DNA from: Lobosporangium transversale
Lineage: Eukaryota
DNA length: 64,000 bases
Reading direction: 5' to 3'
NCBI RefSeq assembly: GCF_002105155.1
Contig: NW_019028998.1
Span: 310,001-374,000, forward strand
The notes beneath the pieces were generated by a model. It ran no database searches. It was not told where the DNA came from and saw only the letters and a program-made list of their open reading frames with translations. The translations under genes were made by a program, and so were the position numbers. Within the stretch, counting starts at the first letter, position 1; the number at the start of each line of letters is the position of its first letter. Below are positions 1 to 13,976 of the stretch, one piece after another.

Positions 1-805
1 GATTTGATGCTGCTTTTCCCAGGGCTGGATGGATTTAAGCTATCTGAAGCGTCATAATAGGTATCATTGAGGTCTTCATTGTCTCCTGGGCTAAATGGAT
101 TATGTGGTGGACTCATTTCAAAAGACATAGAAGGATCGAGGTCATCTTCAAGTGAGGTGTCGGCAGCCACTTCCGATTGTTCAACGTCTTTGTCTTCAGG
201 AGTGTGCCTCTCTGCCCTATCTGGTATCGAAGACTCGAGTTCGGCAGATGGTCTAAGCGATGAGACGATATGAGCGATTATATGTAAATTAACAGCCAGT
301 CTGAGATCTCTATCCCAATCTGCATCCTGTCAATGATATCATTACCCTGGATGTCGCTGGAAATATGAGCTGATCAGCCGCGTACTATTGCATTGTAATA
401 ATGGAAAAATACCATCAACTACTGGACTGCCTCAATATGCACCATTGCACATTCTCAATTGCATTCATTCCGGCATATATCTTTTTTTTTGTACTTTGAA
501 TTTGATATGACAAATGAACTTTTTACATCAACAAGAAATAAACCCATGATTAGCAGTTGAGCCACACACAATGACAATCCACGACGTCCGCCATATAAGT
601 ATAATACCATCCATGTACCTTGAACTCGAACCCGAAGTCGACTGAAAGTATGACCCTATGGACCGCATGCTGTTGGAGATTGAATGAGTTGATTTAGTTA
701 TAAAAGAATTGAGCATTTTCCTTTTCTCTCTTTTTCCTTTTTTATTTTTTTGGAACATTCGTACTTGAGGTGAGCTGTCCTCTGGTTCTTGGACGTTCGC
801 CCCAT
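1..805 (-). CDS. Hypothetical protein, 5' part only (runs off the window start); spliced, acidic and Ser-rich
   Basis: ATG at 805 (MGRTSKNQRTAHL). GT-AG introns join NMRSIGSYFQSTSGSSS and RPSAELESSIPDRAERHTPEDK...SSPGKSSIK in frame. No family recognised. Confidence 0.5.
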
Positions 806-961
806 GTGTCACCGATGCCTTAGGATGTCAAGTAACAAATGACAGGACAAACGACAACGGGATAAAGTTTCGCCAGTCCTGATCAGTCAAAACAAGCCAC
901 ATTATACCTTCGGGACACAAAAGAACACATCATTCTTCCACTTCACTCCATACTATCAACC

Positions 962-3838
962 ATGCTTCGTTCATTTATATCTGTCACCCCTTTGGTCTCC
1001 TATAGGACAACCGCTGTTGCCGCTGTGAGACCTACGGATACACTACAGCTACGACTCAGCCCACTCTCCACAATCATCCGACGTGCAAGCAGCACTACTC
1101 GCGGAAACACAACTACACCACTCTCCGCAGCTCTGAAGAAACCAACCACACAGCAGCGTGGCGCAAAGCTCCGTGGTGATAGTAAATTCCTACTAGCTGG
1201 AGGCCCTTTTTCTATCTGCCGTGCCCTGGCTACTGTCACTAATGTCCCTCATACCCATTCCTCGTCGTCTCCTGGAGTATCTACTGGAATTTCCAAAAAT
1301 AGCCCGGAGTTTACTATCAATCCGATCTTGAACTGGCTAGAATTTCCAAACTTTGCAGCCATAAAGCCTGAGCATGTTGTACCTGCCATGGAGGCACTGG
1401 TCCAATACACTGAAAAGGCATTTGAAGAACGATCCCGCCACTTTACTCCCACTTGGGAAGGAACCATGGGGAAAAGTATGTAATTTAAGCAACCGACAAA
1501 CACAGCTGGGTATTTTATTCATGTCCGCAAACAATTTCAGCTATATAAAAGGGGGAGAAGGAAAAGAAGGAAGGAGACATAGTATTCTTACATGATATTG
1601 TGTTTAATAGCTCAGGATCTAGAAGATGACTTGGAGCGTGCATCAAGCGTCATTACTCATCTATCCATGGTTAAGGATTCACCCGAGCTCCGCAAGGCTG
1701 TCGAAGCTATTCAACCCATGATCATTAAGATTTCCCTCCAAATGGGTCAATCTTTAGAGATGTACGATGCATTGGTGAAAATGCGTGAGAATCAACGGAT
1801 TTGGAGTGCATTGGATAAGGAGCAACAACGGATTGTGGATAAGACTATTCAAGGAATGAAATTATCTGGTGTGGCCTTTGGACTGGAGGGCGAGGGTAAT
1901 GCTGAAAAAAAGAAGCGCTTTAATGAGATTCAAAAGCGCAAGGCGCAGTTAAGTCTCAAATTTAGTAATAATGTTCAAGATGCGACCAAGGCTTATGCCA
2001 AGATCATCTCTAACAAATTTGAACTGGAAGGTTGCCCTGAGAGTTTGATCAAAGCAATGGCAAAGAATGCGCAATCTAGAGGATATGGTGACGGAAATCC
2101 AGGTAAGTAGTTTGACTATGTGAACGACAACACTATCCCCCTTTGGATGTGAAAAAAGCGCTAACTAGCTTTTGTTTCGCCATTTTGAATGTTAGAGACC
2201 GGCCCATGGGCAGCTACATTGGATGCACCTACATATGTTCCTTTTATGATGAACTGCAAGAATCGTGATCTCCGTGAAGCGGTACGATTTTTATTTCAGA
2301 TTATTAAGACTTTGTTTTAGTGTTACAAAATGAATATTCAAAACAGGAAGCCTTAGACTAGGGATATTTAACACAGATTTTTTTTTTTTAATTTTTTTTT
2401 TTATTATTATTACCTATTCATCCCCTTCTATTGGAAGATCTATCGCGCAAACATCAAGAGAGCATCCGAAGGTGAACAGGATAACGAGCCTATAATCAAT
2501 GAGATTTTGAGCCTACGTAAAGAGGAAGCTACCATGCTAGGCTTTCCCTCCTTTGGTGCTCTTTCTCTCTCTAAGAAGATGGCCTCTAATGTTGAGACTG
2601 CTACAGAAGTCCTGGATCGACTTTACAACGCCACATTGCCCGCTGCTAGAAAAGAGATCAATGAACTTACTAGTTTTGCCAGAGATCGCTTGCAACAACC
2701 TATACCTTTACAGCCATGGGACACGGCGTTTATTGGGGAAGAATATCGCAAGGAAAAATTTAAGTATTCTGCGGATCAAATCTCAGAATACTTGGTTTTC
2801 CCTCATGTTATGGGTACGCTCTTTGAGGTTGTCAAGGATAATTTTGGTATTCACGTATCAGAGATCGACCCCAACGAGCAAAAACGTGCAGGCTTGACTA
2901 CATGGAATAAGGATGTCAAAATTTACAAGGTACAGGATGATGGGCCTAGCAAAAATGTACTGGCATATTTTTACGGTGACTTTTATAGCCGTAGTGAGGA
3001 AAAGAAATCGGGGGCGTGGATGGACGTCTGCGTTACTCGAATGAAGGACTCGAAAACAGGCAATGTTCGCGTGCCCATCGCCTACATGATCTGCAACCAA
3101 CCTCCACCTTCATCTGATTCAGAGCCTTCCAGGATGAAGTTCCAGGATGTGACTACGCTCTTCCATGAGTTTGGACATTGTCTTCAACATATGCTTACTA
3201 CCGTTGATTACCCTCAAGCATCCGGCATCAAGGGTATCGAATGGGATTTCGTTGAAGTTGCTTCCCAATTTATGGAGAATTTTGCTTATGAACCTCAATG
3301 GTTGGACCGTATGGCACGCCATTACAAGACAGGAAAGACTATGCCACACGACATGAAACAAACAGTAATGAAAAGCCGCGAGTGCTTGGCGGGCCTTGCT
3401 ATGATGCGCCAGCTTCATTTTGCAATGTTGGATATGGAGCTTCATACCAATTATAAGCCTCGAGGGGAGGGATCCAAAACCGAAGAATCAGTTTTTGATG
3501 TAGACCGCCGTATGGCAAAGAAAACATGCTTGATCGCTCCTGTGCCCGAGGACCGCTTCCTGTGTGCATTTAGTCATATTTTCGGAGGTGGATATGCAGC
3601 AGGGTACTACTCGTACAAGTATAGCGAGCTCTACTCTGCAGATGCATATGCTGCATTGGAGGAGCAAACTGAATCAATTGAGTCAAGGAAACGCATTGGA
3701 CGTAAGTACAGGGACACTGTACTAGCTTATGGTGGTGCGACAGATCCGAAGGATGTATGGAGGGAATTTAGAGGACGTGACAGTGTAGAAGTTGATGCTC
3801 TTCTCCGTCATTCAGGCCTTACGTCCGTACATGCTTAA
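962..3838 (+). CDS. M3A metallopeptidase, oligopeptidase A (OpdA/PrlC/plant OOP type), with mitochondrial presequence-like N-terminus; 4 exons
   Basis: HEFGH zinc motif, IEWDFVEVASQFMENF, FSHIFGGGYAAGYYSYKY and GPWAATLDAPTYVPFM. The N-terminus is Arg/Ser/Thr-rich and acid-poor. Introns start at about 1476, 2103 and 2282. Confidence 0.92.
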
Positions 3839-4066
3839 GAAACCTTCTATTCCTCAGTTTTTTTTTGTATTGCTTAAATGATTCGAATAATATTCATACT
3901 TTTGAGTGACCATTGCCAGTGAATTCGTATTGCCTCTTCTTTTTTTTTATTTATTTATTCTTCAGAAAGTCTTGGTTAAGCGTGTGTCGCTATTAATATG
4001 TACTTTGATGGTGTGCTTGATGCTAAACTTGGCGCAATTGAAGGCGAGTTACCAATGTGATGATTT

Positions 4067-4662
4067 TTAGTCGTTTTCGTCTTCGTTTTCCTGCTCAGCG
4101 TCCGGATTGCTGCTGCTTCCAACTCTTGTAGCCGTAACGCCCTGCCTATGCCTCCGTGCGAATTGGCGAATAATTTGCATTAAAAGCTCACGCGGCGCCA
4201 TATCGTCATCATCATCATCCATTTCGCTATAATCATCGTCTTCATCATTGATAATGACCAGGCGTCGCAACAAATTATCTTGTCCAAAGCTGCGTCTTTC
4301 TTGCACGTAGGCCAGTTGAGGATCCAAATAGTCTTCTTTACGCCTTCCTTCCGATGAATCTGATTCTGGTGCTTTTTCCACGGGCGCTGCAGGCCTAATC
4401 TCGTGTGAATATGCGGTTGGGCGTTTGATGCCACGGACCAGAGATAGGTCTACAGGTTCTGAGGCCGTTGGCATAAAGATCTTTATTGTGTCATCAATTC
4501 CGGATGCTGCAAGTACGAAATTTGAGTATGGATGAGGCTGAAGGCAATTGACAACAGTCTATCGAGGTTCGTTCAATAATTATGGTAGAAAAGGTTATAG
4601 CATTTAGTTTACACTGTTGTTTCGACCTATATCTAACAATTAATACACGCAACCGACGTGTG

Positions 4663-4704
<42 letters not shown>

Positions 4705-7111
4705 CGTACATCATCGCCTTTGAGCACATTGACAATTTTACCCGTCTGCTTGTCCCAGAATAAGATACGACCATCGTCGGATCCGGAAATGATAAATTCA
4801 CTATTCGGACCAATAAAGTTGGCTTCCTTTATCTTTAGGTTCAGAAAGAAAGGAAAATCCTGGTTAGAAAGATATGAAATAAATAACAATAATAATCCTT
4901 ATTTTCTATTCTAGTACATCGTATACCATTGTATCAGCATTTCGGTGGCCAGAATACACTTGAACAATATCTGACTTGCCCGCATGGAAGCTACGCCTAA
5001 TCCAGTACTCTTTTTCGTCTTGCTCAACAGGAGTTAGCTCGTCTTCATCGTCGCTATCGTCAGATTCCAAACCAAAGGAATCAGTGTGGGAGTGCCCGTC
5101 AGAGTCTTGATCCATGTAGTGATAGTCATCTTCGTCATCATCATCAGCTGAATTGCCTTGTAGAATAAGGTCAACATCAATATCAACCCCATCTTCAGAA
5201 ACACTCTCATTATTATTAGATTGAGTAATGTGATCCGTGTCCTCGTGCAGCTGCTCTTCTTGTTGGCTACGTTCTCCATCAATGCTCTCATCTTCATCAA
5301 GCTCGGTAACTGGATCCTGAAATTGAAAGCGCACCTGCCCAGCGCTTTTCCCATGCGTAGGATCAGCCGCTTTGTTAATATCGTGGATATCTTTGGTAAT
5401 ATGCATCGGCTCATCTAACTCTGAGCTAGTTCCAATGGCTGCTTCAGATGACGCTGATGAAACTGATGATTTTCGGGGCAACATTGGCGACCAGCTGCCT
5501 AGAGTCCTTCTTCCTTCCCCGGCTGATTCAAGACCCAATTGGTCAGCTGGCTCGACCCCGGCGCTTGGACTCCGTCGTCTCTTTCCTTTGACATCTGTTG
5601 TTGGTGATTTTTTACCAACGGAATCCGGTATGGCATGGTGAGATGATTTTTTTGTAGGGTTCCATTGCATATTTAACTCTGTTGTCATGCCTGATGGGTC
5701 AATCAAAAAACAGTTTCCTCTACTATAGCTCGCCAATAATTGACCAGTCCTACATGGATCGTATTTGAGGCTGGTAATTTTGGTTCCAATTAAGTTCCGC
5801 TGACGATTCTTACCCTTCACAAGCTCTCCATCTTCCCCTATTTTCCATCCTGGGGGAACATACGGTGAAAAACTATAGACCTGTGCCTCTCTATGACTGT
5901 CTCTAGATCTGATCATTCGACTATCGTAAATCCGTACTGTGTCATCGCCACAGGCTGCCGCGATATAATTGGGATTTTCTGGTCGCTGTGTAATCGCAGA
6001 GACGACCATTTCGGTTGAATCCAGACGAAACCGGGCGAAGCTAAAGCTAGTACGACCTGACAAACGCGAAGTTGAATCCCCACGCGAGTGGTGTTTGATA
6101 TCAATAAATGTGTGTCGTTCACAGCCTTCATCTTCATTGCAGTCGCAGCTAGTTCTAATTCTGGTGTCATAACGATTTATTCTTCCGTCTTCAGAACTAG
6201 GTATATTTAAAGAAGAAAATAATAAAAAAAGTCAAGACAAGAAAAGAATTATTAGTTCAAGAGCCATCATAGCAAGATGATCATCACACACAGATCTCAT
6301 ATAAAGCACAAATCAATATATTAAAAAATATAATGCACATGCCCGTAGAGCAACGTACCAATCGTAAAAGATATGTCCATCAACCATATCGGGCATAACC
6401 TCATAAGTCATGGCCCTCGATTCATGACAATTGAAACCAGGTGAAGGGACCCAGGCATCTCTACGTGACTTTTCCACGAACCGATGCACATTTGTCAACC
6501 GTGTGGTTCCATTTGAGCAACAAGAGACAATCAGGGATGAAGAGCTATGGGCCATGAATTTTGCCGAGAACACATTTCCTGTATGCCCACTTGGGATACT
6601 CTGTACCAATGGGATGGGGTCGAGTGGCCTGTAGATATTAAGGTAATGGTCATCTATGGCGTATGGCAAATAGTGTACGTAATAAGTGGTAAGGAAAGTA
6701 CTAGAAAAATGTCCATGACGAAACTCTGGCTCAATATTCCTGCTACTATTCTCAATGGTAATTTTTTTTACCAGATCCAGTGAGGAGAAATTCTCCAGTT
6801 TCGTCCCACGCAAGAGTATTCACACAGCCACTATGGCCTTTCAGTGGAGGCTGTTGTTCTAAACGTTTCACAAAGCTCTCAGAGCTCAAATGATTGAACT
6901 TAACAGGGCCATGACGTGATCCTGGTGTGAACTGAAGTTCAGTTAGACCACGCAGCAGACTAGAACCATGGTAACTGCGCGAGTATACTGTGGAGGATGT
7001 GCGAGACCGTTGTCGGCGCTCAGAAGGCTCGCTATTGTTGACCGTAGATGTATCCTCGAATTTGGGTGCATTATCTTCTTTCATGGCTGGAGCTTTTCGC
7101 TTAGTGGACAT
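4067..7111 (-). CDS. WD40-repeat DDB1/CUL4-associated factor, DCAF6/DCAF8-like; multi-exon
   Basis: LKGHSGCVNTLAWDETGEFLLTGS, SGHTGNVFSAKF, YSGHRNADTM-IKEANF...SGSDDG and VVNCLQPHP...AASGIDDTIKIF, with a central acidic disordered insert. Confidence 0.88.
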
Positions 7112-7674
7112 TATGTGAGTGTGGGAAGTTGCGGGTTCTGACAGAAATAATGCGGTAGAATATTAAAATAAGCCTGTTATCGTGAGATAGAGTACACGAG
7201 TGGGAAAATCAAAATCCTTTTTTGATAGAGTGGGAAAGTGGATGTCTTTACTCTACGCTTGGATAAGTCGTGGTCGTTGCAAGCATACGAAAGCATGAAC
7301 AAAGAGTGAACGTACAAAGAAAGCAGTGAAACGGAAAAGGGAAAAAAAGACAGTTTGTTATCACGTGGAATTAAAAATTCATATTGCAATGGAATGCTTA
7401 GAAAAAAGTGAGGGTGAAACTGTAGTAGCGTGCATTTACGGAATCCCTCTCTAAGTGCATGTTCCCATATACGCATATCCGGGCCATAGAAAACTAGATT
7501 TCAACTCTAAACGTGCTGAAACTTCTAGAGTCGATACGAGCAACTGAAAGTATATCTTTCAAAACAGGAATTTGTATTTTCGAAAGATTTTATATAAATT
7601 TTTCCAGCTTTAGACTCAACTCCAGTATCAGCACTGTATGTCATACTAGTCCTGAAATACTAAAATCTGTACAC

Positions 7675-10151
7675 TCATTGATTATATATAATGCCAATCT
7701 CGTCATCGTCTTCTGCTCTGCCTTCTATGCCATCATCTGCAAGACTCTCGGATGCTTCTTCATATTCAACTTCAACTTCTGATACATCCTCTGCTCTTGA
7801 AGCATCTTCAATAGCGAGCTCGTCAAGCGCCATATCAACATTATCTGCTGATGCAAGCTGTCCTTCAGATGGGCCAACTTCCACATCATAGTTTTGCTCC
7901 TGCTTCAATGGCCGCTTCTCATCATCATTCACTAATGCTGTTGCCATCGACCCTATCGCTCCCCCTGCCCTGACAAACGCTTCTTCGTTTTCCTTGTTCA
8001 CTGTGCTTAGAGCGGATCTCTCTAAAAGATGTCTTGGCGGTGTAAAGATTGGGAAAGGATGTGCCTCTGTATTGAATACATATTTGTCCAACGGAAATAC
8101 GTCATTAGGTCCAAAGAGCAAATAAAGATATTTGAGTGTTTCGGCTAGAAAGAATGTCTCCATTTTATCCGAGAAGTGTATACTATTTTTGCGGCGAATA
8201 TCGTGAATCGAGCTGTAGCCCCCGGATTCAACCTTACTATACTTTTCAATAGCTTCGAATATCTTCCAGCCCCACTTCCTATACACAATTGTGCATTCAG
8301 GACATAAAAGGGGAATTAGAGTCAGCACAGAGCTCTCAATGATGACTGGAATACATACGGAATTCCAGTTCTTACCTATACTTTTCATCTCCTGTGAAGC
8401 GCCACATATAAAAAAGACTTTCAACAGTCTCGGGTCGCAGCCAGTTGTGGCCATCGGCGTTGTTGATGATGAAGTCAGATCCAGGTGTGTGCTCGACATC
8501 GCTCCTACCTACAAGTTGATCCTCGCTCTTTACCCAGTAAACAATCTCCGGCGCCAACCCCGTTTCGGTCTGGTTGTACATTTCATAGCAAGCCTCTGTC
8601 AGCTCTTCGCCTATTCTGAAATCTTCTTCCCCCGTTTGAGAAAGTGTAGAACGCGGGAAAGTTTTGTTATCGAAAGATCTGCCTTCTGTTGAGGCTAAGG
8701 CCATTGTGCCGCCCAGGAAGCAGACCAGATGATCCATCTTAGGACTAAGATTAGAGGGCGAATACTTGAAAATCTCCCCAATAAAGAGCAGATGGTTAGG
8801 TATTGTCCTTCCGATGAGATGCTTCTTGACACCGGCGATCGCGTGATCGTACATTTCCTTGAAAACATGTTGTGTCTTTGATGTTTGTAGATATTGTTTG
8901 ATCAGGTACTCTAAACAAATAGTGTTTGAGCAACAAAAGGTTAAAGGATTCGAGTAAGTTTGCGTCTTCACCCAATAGTCCTTCTTCGATATACAAAGCT
9001 AAGTTGTGCATCCTCATTCTACCATAATAACTGTCACCACGCGATCCAAGGCGGATCTCCTCTCCATGGAATTGTCCGTTGTAAGGGTTGATGAAAATGG
9101 GAACAAGCCCATCCAAGCTATCCAACTCCTTCATTTTGAATATCACATTCTCGGCGACACGCCAATACTTGTCATCGCCTGTAAGATACGATAGATACTT
9201 GAACTCCAATTGCAATGTCGACACCTCTGAGGTTGTACTGATGCCACCTTCGTGCCCTGGAACGCCCCGTCCGCTCGATAAATGGACACTCGCATACGGA
9301 ATTCCGCTTGTTGTATTGAATGCACCCATCAAGCGATCCGCGAGATCCACAGCCTTTTTCAAAAAGATTTCGTCATGGTCTGATTGATCATATGCTGCCA
9401 ACAGTCCACCAAGCACGCGAATTGTGGTTTCAAATAAGTTGATCTCTCCATCCTGATTAAAATCAAGAGAATCCCGAACCCATGCTTTAGCCTCTTGAAA
9501 TTCTTCTTTTAGACCCATCAATAATATTGTATCTAGAGAATCAACGATTGTAAAACCTTGTCCTTTACTTATCATGTTTGTGCCTCGTTTAGAAATGGGA
9601 TGATACTCGTCTTGACCCCACGCATCCCGACGATAAGCATCCCATGCATGTTTGAATGCCGCTCTGACTTTTTCCTTGCGTTCTTCCCACGTTGTTGAAT
9701 GTGCCCTTGTTGATATGGGTTGCTGTTTGGGGACATTAAATCGGTCTTTCAACGACAACGATCAAAAAGAAAATGGATAGCAAAACAGAAAAAAGGGAGG
9801 TTAGTTCCTCTACATGTGCCCCATTGATAACTTCCTCTTATAGCTCTGTTGACATGCTATATTTTTGTAGATACCTCTCAATGATGTAGATGACTTTAGG
9901 GTCAAGTATGTTAGAGCGAAGACACCAATAATAACGACTAAATGTTTGAGCCGAAAACGAAATCTCAACTGGAATAGGAAAGCACTATTGTCAGTATATG
10001 ATAAACATTTATCAAGACCAAAGATCAAGAAAAGATTGCTGAATCACTTGAATTACTGTACCCGAGAATGTACTTCGGTTAACGGTTTCCTGTATTTGTC
10101 GTCAGGATCATTGTGAAAAGGGATTCCACTATTCCCCTGCCTCTGAAACAT
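7675..10151 (-). CDS. MNS1: Class I alpha-1,2-mannosidase (GH47), type II membrane protein, MNS1/MAN1B1-like
   Basis: FETTIRVLGGLL, GSRGDSYYEYLIKQ, LRPETVESLFY, DKMETFFLAETLKYLY and FNTEAHP, plus a signal-anchor exon near 9890-9970. The start could extend to the ATG at 10676. Confidence 0.93.
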
Positions 10152-10814
10152 TATTGAGTTTGTGCTTTTGCTCGACGAAAGGTTTGAAATCGGTGGTTTG
10201 TTCTCGTCCTTCTGTGAACAGGGCGTCTCCTGAAAAGTACTCTCAAGGGAGGCTTCACTATCGTGGGCGCTCACAGGGATACTTGTAAGACGGCGCTGTC
10301 GCAGGTTCGATGAGCTCGTTAGCTCGGCTTCAGCTGCTGGTAGCCTAGCCAGTGGCAAGTTAGCGGTGTACTGTTGATCAGTATGGTGTTCAGGCGTCGC
10401 TGTTGATATGGATTTGGAGAGGCTGACGTGGGATTCTGAAAGATGCTCAAGATGAGATGATTGTGCGTGAGAAGCCAGCTTTGCTAATTTGACTCTTCTA
10501 GAAGACTTTGACAAATCGAGTTTTCGAATGCTATGAAGCAAAAGGAATGACCGTTTAGAAGGTGCAAATTGAAAAACAGACAAAATGAAAAAGTTTCGAT
10601 GGAGGGATGGCACCCCTTGAAGATTTGTGGCCAACACGCGAGAACAAATGAAACATTTTAATGTTTTTTGTATCATTATGTGAAATCTTTATTTTTGTAT
10701 GGAATATGAGTGTGTAAAAATAAAAATAAAAAAGGACAAGGTCAAGAGTCCAGATGCTTCAAATGTTGGAAAACAAAGGAAAATGAGAGTGGGGAGAATG
10801 CAGAAGAAAAATGC

Positions 10815-12287
10815 TTAAACAGCATGGTTGAAAAGATAACTGACAGACTCGCCGTTGTGTGTACGGCGGATAGCCTCAGCAAGTGTGCCAGAGATATCAA
10901 TTGTATCGAGCTTGGGACAAACTTTCTTTTTATCCTCATGAGGAACAGTGTTGGTTACAACAACCTTTGTCAACACACTATCGTTGATGACTTGGATGGC
11001 TTTACCACATAAAATACCATGTGTTACAATGGCATATACCTTAACGGCCCCGTTTTCTGCAAGGGTTTTGGCGGCCAATCCAAGGGTACCGCAGGTATCA
11101 GCCATGTCGTCGACTAAAATGGCAATCTTTCCCTTGACGTCTCCTACCAAGACCATCCTTGAAACTTCATTAGCCTTTTTGCGCTCCTTGTGAATCAAAG
11201 CAAAATCCAAGTCCAGACGATCGGCAATTGAGGTGGCTCTACAAATTAAGTAAGAAAAAGAAGTAAGCAAAAAGTAAAATAAAAATGCGAATCAACAGGC
11301 ATAACACTCATAAGGGACTATAGATAATGGATAAAAGGAAGTTTATGACAAGAGGTTATAGTTTCCATACCTTTTGGCTCCACCAGCATCAGGCGAGACA
11401 ATGACACCATTCTTGTAGTCAGGAATGTTCTCGGCAATGTATCTCAACGTGTTGGGTTCAGCATAGAGGTTGTCGACAGGAACATTGAAGAAACCTTGGA
11501 TCTGGGAAGCATGAAGATCCATAGTGATGACATGGTTGGCACCAGCAACAGTCAGCATGTTAGCAATCAACTTGGCAGTGATGGGGGCACGAGACTTGTC
11601 TTTCTTGTCTTGACGGGCATAAGGGAAACAAGGAATAATAGCAGTGATGCGGCGTGCAGATGCTGTCTTGCAGGCATTGATCATAATAAGCAGTTCCATA
11701 AGATTGTCGTTAATCTCTCCACATCCTGACTGGATAATATACACATCTTCGTCACGCACAGACTCCCCAATAGTGACCGAAGTTTCCTGGTTGGAGTACT
11801 TGAGTACAACAGCCTTAGACAGTTCGGTTCCGAGACGACTACATACACATTTTCATAAAAACACCATTCTATTAGTTATGCATTCGAACTAAAATATTAA
11901 ATTAAGTTATCCATGCGGCACCTGTCGGAAAAGTAGTGTTTACAGTCACTGAGACAACCATTGCTCCGGAGAAATTGCCTTTATTTTATTTTTTTTCTTT
12001 TTTTTTGTAGAGTAAAGTGTGGATAAGATTCGATAGCCTCATGAGATGCCTTTTAGTTGATGTTCATTCTTCTCAACCCCAGAGAATGCAATTGCTGGGT
12101 TTATCTATAATTCGATTTCACATCCATGTATATTCTTTGAATGGATGAATGTATTTCCTGAGTATGAGTTTTCACAGGCATACAGTGCCTACGAAGGGAG
12201 GACAAAGAATCCGTCTTACCGAGCAACCAACTTCGCCAATTCAATATGTGAATTGCCGGCAAAGATCTTAATGCTGTTTGTGGCCAT
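10815..12287 (-). CDS. PRS: Ribose-phosphate pyrophosphokinase (PRPP synthetase); 3 exons
   Basis: [55 protein letters not shown] and [13 protein letters not shown]. Confidence 0.97.
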
Positions 12288-13036
12288 AGCGAGAAATTAT
12301 TTTGTATAAAGTGGGGCAGCTGGCTGTTGAGTCGGGTGGTGGTTTGTGGCGAATCGAACGAACAAACGAACAAACAAAAAAAAAAGTGATCCGGAAAGGT
12401 GGGAATCCTAACGAGGATACCAGAGTGGCTTTGCCATCACATGACATAAACGCATCTAACATCAGTTTTGGGAGAATTTGCAGTCTTTCCTCAAAGCGGC
12501 CAATTTTGCTGTTAATAACCAACTTTGCTCCGGACGACAAATCACGCCTTTACTCGAATAAATTGATGCCTATCAACAGCCAGCCAGTGTATAAAAGGCG
12601 ATATGGTTGTCATTGCAGAGGCATGAAATATGAAAGCAAGTTTAATCGTCATGAAAGTCCATAAAATAAGGATACAACCTGCATCAATGGACGCCAATGT
12701 TTATCATTTTCTTCCCTTTGTTGTACCCATACGAAATAAGCGAAAGCAGGCCAAAGGCGCTTGCCGTGGCGTACGATTTCAAGCACAATCATAAGCTGAG
12801 TACTAAAGAGCATTAGTATGCCACATAGCCCCAAAGTTATTATTGAGAGAGCCAAGACCATGGCCATCCAAGAAATATGATCCAAGTGGAAGCAATAGAG
12901 AGGTTGTCGAATCAACTCCCCTTGTTTTTTATTATCTTGAATGATGTGTCATTCGCGAATATAGTGACAATACATAACTCTAAGACTGCTGATAATATAG
13001 ACATAAAGTCGTAAAGAATGGATCCCTTTCATCCTT

Positions 13037-13209
13037 CTACAAAATGTCTTTGATGTCCCCCTCGAAGTAGTCTGGATCATCCTCCATATCATAATCCGCT
13101 TCAGAGTCATCATCGTCAATCATTTCGCGACAATCCTTGCAGGTAGCCTTCTCCTGACGTTTCCTTTGGGTCTTTTAACAAATAAATAAATAAAATAAAA
13201 AATCATAAG

Positions 13210-13240
<31 letters not shown>

Positions 13241-13698
13241 TGGTGCAGAAAAATTGTAACGGTTCATCACTTCCAAAATAGTAAGACGTAGTGCAAACCT
13301 TTGAGAACTTTTCCAGCGACAGTGATTTGGAGCATACATTGCACTTCAATTTGCTTGGCTGCTCAGGTGTGCCTGAATGATGATAGAATTTGAGACAAGA
13401 GTGTCCACGTTAACAATATGTAGCTTTCAAATTCTTCTAACGGGATGTCAAAACTCGAAGATAACAAAAAAGAAAACTTACAGGTCTTGCACATGATATG
13501 GTGCTTTTTGGCAGGGTTAAGGTTTCCAGCCTTTTTGAGTTGAGTCTCTGTAAAGGCAAGACGGGGCTTCTCTTGCTCGCAACCATAGCAATAAACACGA
13601 TCACTGCCTTTGAGCGAAGGAGATTGCCGGTTGTGGGCAGGGTTAGGCGCTCTTCCTGCGGTCGATTTGCCTCTATAGCCACCGTAATATGCTGACAT
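13037..13698 (-). CDS. Stc1-domain tandem zinc-finger protein with acidic C-terminal tail; 3 exons
   Basis: Spliced product reads CYGCEQEKPRLAFTETQLKK...CKTCTPEQPSKLKCNVCSKSLSLEKFSKTQRKRQEKATCKDC...DDDDSEADYDMEDD. Four CxxC pairs with FxxxQ motifs. Confidence 0.75.
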
Positions 13699-13976
13699 GA
13701 TGAAAGGGAAAAATCCAATCTGCGATGAGGATAAAATGGGAGAGAAGAGATGAAATCAGATCGCGTCAAATCATGTCTCAAAGCCAAAAGTTCTTGAAAC
13801 TTGGCCCAGGGGTTCTATAATGATAAATCACATGCTTTCAACCTTTGTAAGTGAAGTGAGAGTAAAAAAATAGATAGTTAACCTGCCTGGGATGTAATGA
13901 ACGACAACAATTCAATCAACTCTAGATATATATATTCCCAACTCCCCAATTTAACTCGTTTCTCCATTCTTTCACA

